From: an uncultured Actinomycetes bacterium
GTDB lineage: Bacteria; Actinomycetota; Thermoleophilia; Solirubrobacterales; Solirubrobacteraceae
Direction of reading: 5' to 3'
Assembly (NCBI GenBank): GCA_963740895.1
Contig: CAVUFQ010000004.1
Location: 286,671 to 350,670 of the forward strand
Length of the DNA: 64,000 nucleotides
The notes below the pieces were generated by a model, which saw nothing but the letters and a program-made list of their open reading frames with translations, searched no databases and was not told where the DNA came from. Numbering within the stretch: position 1 is the first letter of the stretch; every line of letters begins with the position of its first letter. This document shows, in pieces, positions 56,253 through 63,565 of the stretch. The position numbers and the translations under genes were made by a program.

Positions 56253-57760
56253 GGGCGCACCTCCGTCGCGAGCGTGGGCAGTCCGGCGGGCACGCCGCCC
56301 TCGATGAGCGCCGTGAGGCGCGCCGTGTCGACATGGCCGGCGACGAGATCGCCGAGCGTGTCGAGGTGCGCCGCGCGGATCGCGGCGAACGACACCGTCC
56401 CGGGCACGAAGCGCCGCCCGCGGGCGGCCGCGACGCGCTGCAGCAGGGCGCGCCGGAAGGCGTCGTGCTCGAGCGCGCCGTGCCAGGAGGTGCCGAGCAC
56501 CGCACCGACGCGGCAGCCGTCGCTCTCGCCGTCGTCGCCGGTCAGCAGCGACGCGCCGCCGCGGCGGTCGACGCGGCCATGGCGGATCTCATAGCCGCCC
56601 GCGGCGGTGCCGAGCCACGCACAGCGCCCGCTGCGGCGGCGCAGGAGCTTGTCGGGCGCGAACCTCGTGAAGACCGGCAGCAGGCCGAGCCCCGCGACCG
56701 TGCCCTGCCGCGACTCGACGCGATCGACGATCCGCTCGCCGAGCAGCTGGTAGCCGCCGCAGATGCCGAGGATCGGTGCGCCCGCCGCGGCGCGCGCGCC
56801 GATCGCGCGGTCCAGGCCGGCGTCGCGCAGCTGCGCGAGGTCCTCGACCGTCGCCTTCGTCCCGGGCAGCACGAGCAGGTCGGCGCGCTCGACGTCGGCG
56901 GCCGAGCGCGTGAAGCGCACGCGCACGCCGGGCTCGGCGGCGAGCGCGTCGAGGTCCGTGAAGTTGCTCATCCAGCGCAGGCGCAGGACGGCGACGTCGA
57001 GCGTGTCGGCGCCCGCCGGCGCCTCTGGGCGCAGCGCCTCCAGCGCCAGCGAGTCCTCGGCGTCCATCCAGAGGTCGGCGACGTGGGGCAGGACGCCGAG
57101 CGTCGGGCGCCCGGTGCGGTTCTCGAGCTCCGTGAGGCCGGGCGCGAGGAGCGACGCGTCGCCGCGGAACCTGTTGACGACGAAGCCCGCCACGTGCGCC
57201 TGGTCGGAGGCGCTCAGCAGCGCGAGCGTCCCGAAGAGCGAGGCGAAGACGCCGCCGCGGTCGATGTCGGCGACGATCAGCACCGGGAGCCCGGCCGCCC
57301 GCGCCAGGCCGAGGTTCGTGAGGTCGGCGGCGCGGAGGTTGATCTCGGCCGGGCTGCCGGCGCCCTCGCAGACGACGACGTCGAAGCGCGCGCGCAGGTC
57401 GGCCAGCGCGTCGGCGACGATCGGGCGCAAATCGTGCTTGAGCTGCTGGTAGGAGCGCGCGCCGACCTCCGCGTAGGGCTTGCCCATGACGACGACCTGG
57501 CTGCGGCGGTCACCCGACGGCTTGATGAGGATCGGGTTCATCGTGGCCTCCGGCTCGATGCCGGCGGCCGCGGCCTGGACGGCCTGCGCGCGCCCGACCT
57601 CGCCGCCGTCGGCGGTCACGACGGAGTTCAGCGCCATGTTCTGCGCCTTGAACGGCGCGACGCGCACGCCCTCGCGCGCGAGCCAGCGGCAGATGCCGGC
57701 GGTGACGACGGACTTGCCGGCGTCGGAGTGCGTCCCGCAGACGAGCAGCGCGCCCTTCAT
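56237..57760 (-). CDS. cobQ: Cobyric acid synthase
   Basis: MKGALLVCGTHSDAGKSVVTAGICR...PFKAQNMALNS...NPILIKP...ICGGYQLLG (GATase Cys). Confidence 0.9.
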   Translation of the reverse strand: MKGALLVCGTHSDAGKSVVTAGICRWLAREGVRVAPFKAQNMALNSVVTADGGEVGRAQAVQAAAAGIEPEATMNPILIKPSGDRRSQVVVMGKPYAEVGARSYQQLKHDLRPIVADALADLRARFDVVVCEGAGSPAEINLRAADLTNLGLARAAGLPVLIVADIDRGGVFASLFGTLALLSASDQAHVAGFVVNRFRGDASLLAPGLTELENRTGRPTLGVLPHVADLWMDAEDSLALEALRPEAPAGADTLDVAVLRLRWMSNFTDLDALAAEPGVRVRFTRSAADVERADLLVLPGTKATVEDLAQLRDAGLDRAIGARAAAGAPILGICGGYQLLGERIVDRVESRQGTVAGLGLLPVFTRFAPDKLLRRRSGRCAWLGTAAGGYEIRHGRVDRRGGASLLTGDDGESDGCRVGAVLGTSWHGALEHDAFRRALLQRVAAARGRRFVPGTVSFAAIRAAHLDTLGDLVAGHVDTARLTALIEGGVPAGLPTLATEVRPCCAS

Positions 57761-58797
57761 GGGCCGGCGGTCGCCCGTGCGCCCGCTCCCGGGTACGGGC
57801 GCTTACGGCATCGCCGAGGGGTGTGGGAGGTCTTCGGCGCGGTCCAGCCTGGGGGGTTGCCGGAAAACGTCCACCAGGTCGTCGATATTCGACAGACCCC
57901 CCGCCGCAACGCGGCGCACGCGACCGCCGCGGCCGCACCGACCGCGAGCGAGAGGCGGACGGCGCGCTCGACGTCCTGCGGGCCGGGCGCACGCCCGTCG
58001 CCGAGCACCGGGCGCAGCTCGGCGTGCCCGCCGTAGACGAGCGGCCCGCCGAGGCGCAGCCCGAGCGCACCCGCGAACGCCGCCTCGGCGCGGCCGGCGT
58101 TCGGGCTCGGGTGCTTGGCGCCGTCGCGGCGCAGCGTCCGCCAGGCGGCGCCGGGCCGGCCGCCGGCGACCGGCGCGCAGAGCACCGCCAGCAGGGCGGT
58201 GCCGCGCGCGGCGGGCCAGCTCAGCGCGTCGTCCAGGCGCGCCGCCGCCCAGCCGAAGTCCGCGTAGCGCGCGCTGCGATGGCCGACCATTGCGTCGAGC
58301 GTGTTCGCGGCGCGGTAGGCGGCGACGCCCGCCGGCCCGAGCAGGGCGCCCCAGATGAGCGTCCCGACGACCGCGTCGCCGGTGTTCTCCGCGACCGACT
58401 CGACGGCCGCGCGGCAGAGCTGCGGTCCGTCGAGGCCGGCGGGTTCGCGGCCGCAGAGCGCGGGCAGCGCGCCGCGCGCCGCCTGCAGGTCGCCGCGCTG
58501 CACGTGCGCGGCGAGGCCGCGTGCCTCGCGAGCGAGCGAGCGCCCACCGAGCGCCGCCCAGGTCGTCAGCGCCAGCGCGGTGCGGCGGCCGGCGACCCGC
58601 GCCAGCAGCTCGCCGGCGAGCGCCGCGCCGCCGACGAGCGCGCCGGCGTGCAGCGCGCCGCGGCTACGCGCCGGCGCGTAGGTGCGCCGCTCGAGCGCCA
58701 GCGCGATCTGGCCGAAGCCCGCGACGGGATGGCGGCGGCGCGGGTCGCCGAAGGCGAGGTCGGCGGCGTAGCCGCCGGTGAGCGCGGCGGCGCTCAC
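57757..58797 (-). CDS. cbiB: Adenosylcobinamide-phosphate synthase
   Basis: GTG 58797 (GTGA overlap with the cobC stop; ATG 58815 is an in-frame alternative). YAADLAFGDPRRRHPVAGFG...ESVAENTGDAVVGTLIW...HPSPNAGRAEAAFAGALG are CbiB/CobD signatures. The last ~45 aa form an atypical tail that reaches the cobQ start. Confidence 0.8.
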   Translation of the reverse strand: MSAAALTGGYAADLAFGDPRRRHPVAGFGQIALALERRTYAPARSRGALHAGALVGGAALAGELLARVAGRRTALALTTWAALGGRSLAREARGLAAHVQRGDLQAARGALPALCGREPAGLDGPQLCRAAVESVAENTGDAVVGTLIWGALLGPAGVAAYRAANTLDAMVGHRSARYADFGWAAARLDDALSWPAARGTALLAVLCAPVAGGRPGAAWRTLRRDGAKHPSPNAGRAEAAFAGALGLRLGGPLVYGGHAELRPVLGDGRAPGPQDVERAVRLSLAVGAAAAVACAALRRGVCRISTTWWTFSGNPPGWTAPKTSHTPRRCRKRPYPGAGARATAGP

Positions 58798-59393
58798 GCG
58801 GGCGCTCCGGCGCATGAATGTCGAGTTGACCCCGCATGGCGGGGTGAAGTCGACATGCAGTTCATCCGCGTCACGGTCCAGCGGCCGTCGTGCGCGTGCA
58901 GTTCGGTGACCGACAGGGGTGCGGCGTCGATCCGCCAGAAGGCGTCCAGCGGGGCGCCGAGCGCGTGGACGACAGCGGCCTTGACGACGCCGCCGTGGGT
59001 GATCGCGACGGCCCGGCCGTCCAGGCGCGCCTGCCCGTCCAGCCAGCCCGCCACCCGCGCGGCGAACGCCGCCAGGCTCTCGCCGCCGTGCGGGCACGCC
59101 TGCGGATCGACCATCCAGGCGGCGGCCTCTTCCTCGTCGGTGTCCGCAAGCGACCGGCCGGCCCAGGCGCCGAAGTCGCACTCGGCGAGCGCCCGCTCGA
59201 CCGCGACCGGCGCAAGCCCCATCGCCGCGGCCGTCTGGCGGCAGCGCAGCGCCGGGCTGCAGAGCGCGTCGCCACGCTCGGGCAGCAGCGCGGCGGCGGC
59301 GAGCCCGCGCTCGTCGACGGGCTCGTCAGCGGGGAAGGCGGCGGCGCGGGTGGCCGCGGTCGGCGCGTGGCGGACGAACAGCAGCCGCCTCAC
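58794..59393 (-). CDS. cobC: Histidine-phosphatase-family protein, likely alpha-ribazole-5'-phosphate phosphatase
   Basis: GTG 59393. LLFVRHAPT (RHG-type motif) and ...ITHGGVV. It is the first gene after a cobalamin riboswitch at the head of the cob operon. Confidence 0.7.
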   Translation of the reverse strand: MRRLLFVRHAPTAATRAAAFPADEPVDERGLAAAALLPERGDALCSPALRCRQTAAAMGLAPVAVERALAECDFGAWAGRSLADTDEEEAAAWMVDPQACPHGGESLAAFAARVAGWLDGQARLDGRAVAITHGGVVKAAVVHALGAPLDAFWRIDAAPLSVTELHAHDGRWTVTRMNCMSTSPRHAGSTRHSCAGAPA

Positions 59394-59437
59394 GAGAGCC
59401 CCTGAAGGGCTCGGACCACAACGACCGCCGCGTGCAT
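59390..59437 (-). CDS. Candidate 15-codon leader uORF inside the riboswitch expression platform
   Basis: GGAGG, 7 nt, then AUG CAC GCG GCG GUC GUU GUG GUC CGA GCC CUU CAG GGG CUC UCG UGA (MHAAVVVVRALQGLS). Its UGA overlaps the cobC GUG (GUGA). Confidence 0.25.
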   Translation of the reverse strand: MHAAVVVVRALQGLS

Positions 59438-59590
59438 CTCGTTACCTCCACGGGATCGGGCGTCCCGCTACTTGAGAAGGGTCCGCGGCGGTGAGGTTTC
59501 TGACTGCCGGGACGCTCCTCGTCCCGGTCACAGTGGCGCGACCGTCCCGGAATCTCACCGGGTTCCTCGCACCGCCACGCTGGAGCGCCC
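59394..59590 (-). promoter_or_regulatory. Cobalamin riboswitch (leader of the cobC...cobM operon)
   Basis: The reverse strand reads GCGUGGCGGUGCGAGGAACCCGGUGAGAUUCCGGGACGGUCGCGCCACUGUGACCGGGACGAGGAGCGUCCCGGCAGUCAGAAACCUCACCGCCGCGG. P1 is GGCGGUG/CACCGCC, and the B12 box lies within 59524-59543. Confidence 0.85.
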
Positions 59591-59630
59591 AACACTACAG
59601 CGGTTGGCAACGGGCGTACGCTTCCCCGCC

Positions 59631-61397
59631 ATGTCCGCCGAGGAACGCCTCGTCCGCCCGCCGGTGCCGGCCGGGTTCGACGCGTCCCGGGCCGCCGAGC
59701 GCGCTGCCGATCCGGCCGGCTGGCGCTATCCCGAGGCGCAGCGCGCAGCGGTCCACCGCGTCATCGCCGAGCGCCGCGACATTCGCCGCTTCCGGCCCGA
59801 CCAGGTGCCCGAGGACGTCCTGAGGCGCGTGCTGGAGGCGGCCCACAGCGCGCCGTCGGTCGGGCTGATGCAGCCCTGGCGGCTGATCGTCGTGCGGGCC
59901 CTGGACACGCGCGTCGCGATCCGCCGCCTCGCCCAGCGCGAGCGCATCCGCCAGGCCGAGCGCTTCGACGAGCGCGCCCGCCAGTTCCTCGACCAGAAGA
60001 TCGAGGGCGTCGTCGAGGCGCCGCTCGGGATCTGCGTCTGCTGCGATCACGGCGACCCCGCGACCGAGGTGCTCGGCCGCGGCACGATCCCGCAGACGGA
60101 CACCTACAGCACCGCCTGCGCGGTCGAGAACCTCTGGCTCGCCGCGCGCGCCGAGGGGCTCGGCGTCGGCTGGGTGAGCTTCTACCGCCCCGCTGACCTG
60201 CGCGACCTGCTCGGCATCCCGGCGCGGGCGGACCCGATCGCCTACCTCTGCCTGGGCTGGCCCGACGAGCGCCCGTCGCGGCCGGGCCTGGAGTCCGCCG
60301 GCTGGTCGGCGCGCATGCCGCTCGCCGACGTCGTCATGCAGGAGCGCTGGCAGGCGGCGCCCGCCGCACCCGCCGCCACGACCCCGGGCCCCGACCGCGC
60401 CGCCGCGATCGCCGCCCGCGACCGCCTCGACGCGCTCGTCAAGCCCGCCGGCAGCCTTGGCGCGCTCGAGGCGCTCGTCGAGCGCTGGGCGGCGATCACC
60501 GGCGCGCCGCCGCCCGCCGTCCTGCGCGCGGGCGTCCTCGTCTGCGCCGCCGACCACGGCCACGTCATCCACGGCACGAGCCTCTTCGACGGCGCCGTCT
60601 CCGCACAGGTGACGGCGGCCGCCGCCCGCGGTGAGACCGCGGTCGGCGTGCTCGCGCGGCGCGGCGGCCACGAGCTGCTCGTCGCCGACGTCGGCCTCGC
60701 CGGCCCGACGCCCGCCGGCGTGCGCGACGCGAAGGTCGCGCCCGGCAGCGCCGACATGCTCGCCGGCCCCGCGCTCAGCGCCGCGCAGCTCGGCGACGCG
60801 CTGGCCGCCGGCGCGCGCCTCGCGGGCGAGCTCGCCGACGGCGGCGTCGACTGCCTCGTCCTCGGCGAGATCGGCATCGGCAACACGGCGACGACGGCCG
60901 CGCTGGCCTGCGCGCTCACCGGCGCGGCACCCGCGCGCACGGTCGGCCGCGGGACCGGGATGGACAGCGCCGGCGTCGCCCGCAAGCGGGCCGCGGTGGC
61001 GACCGCGATCGCCCGCCACGGCGCGCTGCTGCCGGCGCGTGCGGCCCTGCTGGCCGTCGGCGGGCTGGAGCTCGCGGCGCTCGCCGGGGCGGTCCTCGAG
61101 GCCGCTCGGCGCCGGCTGCCGGTCGTGCTCGACGGCTACGCGGTCGCGACGGCGGCGCTCGCCGCCGCCGGGCTCGACCCCGCGGCCGCCGAATGCCTCG
61201 TCGCCGGCCACCGCTCGGCCGAGCCCGGCCACGACCTCGTCCTCGCGGAGCTCGGGCTCGAGCCGCTGCTGGACCTGCGCCTGCGGCTCGGCGAGGCGTC
61301 CGGCGCGCTGCTCGCGCTGCCGGTCATCGCGGGCGCCGGCGCGCTGCACCGCGAGATGGCGACGTTCGCGCAATCGGGTGTCTCCGGGCCGCGCTGA
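59631..61397 (+). CDS. bluB-cobT: Fusion: 5,6-dimethylbenzimidazole synthase (BluB, nitroreductase fold) + nicotinate-nucleotide:DMB phosphoribosyltransferase (CobT)
   Basis: ATG 59631. The N-terminal ~215 aa are ...AERRDIRRFRPDQVPEDVLRRVLEAAHSAPSVGLMQPWR...GVGWVSF (BluB type). Then LVKPAGSLGALE...LVLGEIGIGNTATTAAL...GHRSAEPGH...LRLGEASGA (CobT). Confidence 0.9.
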   Translation: MSAEERLVRPPVPAGFDASRAAERAADPAGWRYPEAQRAAVHRVIAERRDIRRFRPDQVPEDVLRRVLEAAHSAPSVGLMQPWRLIVVRALDTRVAIRRLAQRERIRQAERFDERARQFLDQKIEGVVEAPLGICVCCDHGDPATEVLGRGTIPQTDTYSTACAVENLWLAARAEGLGVGWVSFYRPADLRDLLGIPARADPIAYLCLGWPDERPSRPGLESAGWSARMPLADVVMQERWQAAPAAPAATTPGPDRAAAIAARDRLDALVKPAGSLGALEALVERWAAITGAPPPAVLRAGVLVCAADHGHVIHGTSLFDGAVSAQVTAAAARGETAVGVLARRGGHELLVADVGLAGPTPAGVRDAKVAPGSADMLAGPALSAAQLGDALAAGARLAGELADGGVDCLVLGEIGIGNTATTAALACALTGAAPARTVGRGTGMDSAGVARKRAAVATAIARHGALLPARAALLAVGGLELAALAGAVLEAARRRLPVVLDGYAVATAALAAAGLDPAAAECLVAGHRSAEPGHDLVLAELGLEPLLDLRLRLGEASGALLALPVIAGAGALHREMATFAQSGVSGPR

Positions 61398-62139
61398 ACG
61401 GGCGCTGCACGCAGGCGCGCTCGCGGCGACGTTCCTCACCGTCCTGCCGCTGCGCGTCACGCGGCCGGCCGGCGACCTCGGCGCCGCCGCGCCGTGGTTT
61501 CCCGTCGTCGGCGCACTCGTCGGCGCGCTCGCGGGCGGGCTGCTCGTCGCGGCCGAGCCGCTCGCGGGCCCCCAGATCGCGGCGACGCTGGCGGTCGTCG
61601 TGCTGGTCGTCGCGACCGGCGGGCTGCACGCCGACGGGCTCGCCGACTGCGCCGACGGGCTCGGCGCGCGCGGCGGCGGGCGCGAGCGCCGCCTCGCCGT
61701 CATGCGCGACCCCGCGATCGGCGTGTTCGGCGCCCTCGCGCTGCTCGCCTGGGGCGCGCTGCTCGTCGGCGCGCTGGCCCGCCTCGGCGGCGCCGACGCC
61801 CTGCGGGCGCTCGTCGTCGCGGCGGCGGCGGGCCGCTGGGCTGCGCTGTTGCACGCGGCAACCGCGGCGCCCGCGCGGCCCGACGGGCTCGGCGCGGCAT
61901 TCGTCGTGACGCCCGCGGCCGTGGCGCTCGCGGCACCCGTCCCGCTCGCGCTCGCCGTCGTGCTCGAGCCCGCGCTGCACGGGCTCGCGGCCCTGCTCGC
62001 GGGGGCGCTCGTGGCGGGTCTCGGGAGCCTCTGGGCGCGCCGCATGCTCGGCGGCCGGACCGGCGACACGCTCGGTGCCACGGTGGCGCTCGGCGAGCTC
62101 GCGGCCTGCCTCGCGCTCGTCGTCACCGCGGGCGTGTGA
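61378..62139 (+). CDS. cobS: Adenosylcobinamide-GDP ribazoletransferase (cobalamin synthase)
   Basis: GTG 61378 in the tail of track ORF 60631..62139, a 20-nt overlap with cobT. FLTVLPL, GGLHADGLADCADG and GRTGDTLGA are CobS motifs. The start is uncertain. Confidence 0.8.
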   Translation: MSPGRAERALHAGALAATFLTVLPLRVTRPAGDLGAAAPWFPVVGALVGALAGGLLVAAEPLAGPQIAATLAVVVLVVATGGLHADGLADCADGLGARGGGRERRLAVMRDPAIGVFGALALLAWGALLVGALARLGGADALRALVVAAAAGRWAALLHAATAAPARPDGLGAAFVVTPAAVALAAPVPLALAVVLEPALHGLAALLAGALVAGLGSLWARRMLGGRTGDTLGATVALGELAACLALVVTAGV

Positions 62140-62348
62140 CCGGCCCGATTGCTGTGGTACGTTCCGGCTGTCACACGCCGAATCGCGACGCTTCCGGGCG
62201 CCGCGAGCGGGGGAACCAACGAGTCGCAGCGTGCGGCTCAGGGGCGAATCGCCGCCAGTTTGCGGCGTAGCGCAGCACTGCGCGAGCCCGTCAGCTCACC
62301 TCGTAGGCACCGACGACGACGACGAGAGTTCAAGGAGGTCGCGAGCCG

Positions 62349-62672
62349 ATGCCGTCCCCTGGCAACCTGCACGTCACGTCACGATCGCAGGGCTCGACGC
62401 AGGTCCTGTCGGTGACGGGACAGGTCGACGTCGCGACGACCGACACGCTCGCCGGCCGCATCCGCGATGCGCTCTCCCATGCGCCGGAGACGATCGTCAT
62501 CGACCTCTCCGCCGTCGCGTTCTTCGGCTCGGGCGGGCTCAGCACGCTGCTGGAGGCCGACGGGCACGCGCGCGCCAGCGGCTGCCGGCTCGTCGTCATC
62601 CCGGGCACGGGCGTCGTGCGGCGGATGCTCGATCGCACGAAGGCCCAGCGGCGCCTCACGATCGCGACATGA
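62349..62672 (+). CDS. STAS-domain protein (anti-sigma-factor antagonist, SpoIIAA/RsbV-like)
   Basis: 107 aa. VLSVTGQVDVATTDTLAGRIRDAL...IVIDLSAVAFFGSGGLSTLL (conserved Ser position), preceded by AAGGAGG. Confidence 0.8.
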   Translation: MPSPGNLHVTSRSQGSTQVLSVTGQVDVATTDTLAGRIRDALSHAPETIVIDLSAVAFFGSGGLSTLLEADGHARASGCRLVVIPGTGVVRRMLDRTKAQRRLTIAT

Positions 62673-63019
62673 CGATGCACGCGACGACGGACGGCACCGA
62701 GAACGACGGGCCGCTGCGGCGCCCGGCACTCGCGGCGCTCGTGCTCGCCTGCACGCTCACCCGCGACGCCGGCTCGCCGATCGCCTGCGAGACGATCGAC
62801 GTCGGCACGACGGGCATGCGCCTGAGCACGCACCGCCCGCTCGCCGTCGACGAGACGGTGAGCTTCGAGCTGCCGCTCGGCGAGGCGCGTGTTCGCGGCC
62901 ATGCGCGCGTCGTCGGCCAGGAGCGCCCCGACGTCTACGTCCTGCGCTTCGCCCGCCTCACGCCGCCGATGACCCAGTGCCTGCGCGACCTCGTCGCGCG
63001 GCACGCCTCCCCGAACTGA
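62669..63019 (+). CDS. PilZ-like domain protein
   Basis: ATGA overlap with the STAS stop. ...LRRPALAALVLACTL...ACETIDVGTTGMRLST...VSFEL...ARVV...YVLRFARL has a PilZ beta-barrel-like layout. The RxxxR and DxSxxG motifs are degenerate (RRPAL, DVGTTG). Confidence 0.5.
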   Translation: MTMHATTDGTENDGPLRRPALAALVLACTLTRDAGSPIACETIDVGTTGMRLSTHRPLAVDETVSFELPLGEARVRGHARVVGQERPDVYVLRFARLTPPMTQCLRDLVARHASPN

Positions 63020-63035
63020 CGCCGGACAGAGAGAC

Positions 63036-63061
63036 GGCGCCCGAGCCGAGGCCCGGGCGCC
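63036..63061. terminator. Hairpin between the convergent PilZ and CoxG-like genes
   Basis: GGCGCCCG-AGCCGAGGCC-CGGGCGCC: an 8-bp perfect stem. Confidence 0.35.
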
Positions 63062-63090
63062 GCCGCGTCCGCTTGACCGTCGGGCGCCTG

Positions 63091-63519
63091 CTACGCCTTG
63101 GCGACGTTCGCGCTGAACTGCTTGATGAGCTCTTGGAGGACCGCCTGGACGGTGCCCTCGCCCATCGACGCGGCCTTGCCGCTGACGTTCGCGGTGCCTT
63201 CGACCGTCCCGCCGTCGCCGCCGATCTGGATCGTCACGGTGCCGTCGGCGTTGCTCTGGCCGCCGGACTCCTTCGCCTGGGCCCGGACGACCGCGCGCTT
63301 GGAGCCCGCGTCGGTCTCGACGATCTCGACCGGGCCGCTGAAGGACATCGCCATCGAGCCCATGTTCACGTCGATCTGGGCCTTGGCCTTGGTGTCGCTC
63401 TCGGCCTCGAGGACCTTCGCCCCGGGAACGCAGCCGACGAGCTTGTTCACGTCGGAGATCGTGCTCCAGGCCTGATCGGGGTTGGACACGGTGAACGACT
63501 CTTTCAGCTGGGTGGCCAT
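63091..63519 (-). CDS. SRPBCC-fold protein, CoxG (carbon monoxide dehydrogenase subunit G)-like
   Basis: ATG 63519, preceded by AAGGGAGGG. MATQLKESFTVSNPDQAWSTISDVNKLVGCVPGAKV...MGSMAMSFSGPVEIVE is typical of the CoxG family. Confidence 0.75.
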   Translation of the reverse strand: MATQLKESFTVSNPDQAWSTISDVNKLVGCVPGAKVLEAESDTKAKAQIDVNMGSMAMSFSGPVEIVETDAGSKRAVVRAQAKESGGQSNADGTVTIQIGGDGGTVEGTANVSGKAASMGEGTVQAVLQELIKQFSANVAKA

Positions 63520-63565
63520 AGTCGGCACCCTCCCTTTGTTGACTTCTTCATAGGGGCTACCCACA

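Noticed and set aside
50785-56594. Long plus-strand ORFs 50785..52833, 52872..54842 and 54990..56594
   Set aside because: They are antisense to chlID, cobN and cobQ, which have unambiguous family signatures. Their composition is shadow-like.
59326-59610. 94-aa minus-strand ORF across the cobC leader
   Set aside because: It covers the riboswitch aptamer in a frame with no coding features, and it overlaps the cobC start out of frame.
59595-62219. 874-aa minus-strand ORF
   Set aside because: It is antisense to bluB-cobT and cobS, with a Ala/Arg/Pro/Ser low-complexity translation.
62140-62348. 209-nt untranslated region upstream of the STAS gene as a possible structured RNA
   Set aside because: It contains only short palindromes (e.g. 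GCGCAGCACTGCGC) and no motif I can assign to a known riboswitch or sRNA class. There is not enough evidence to call it.
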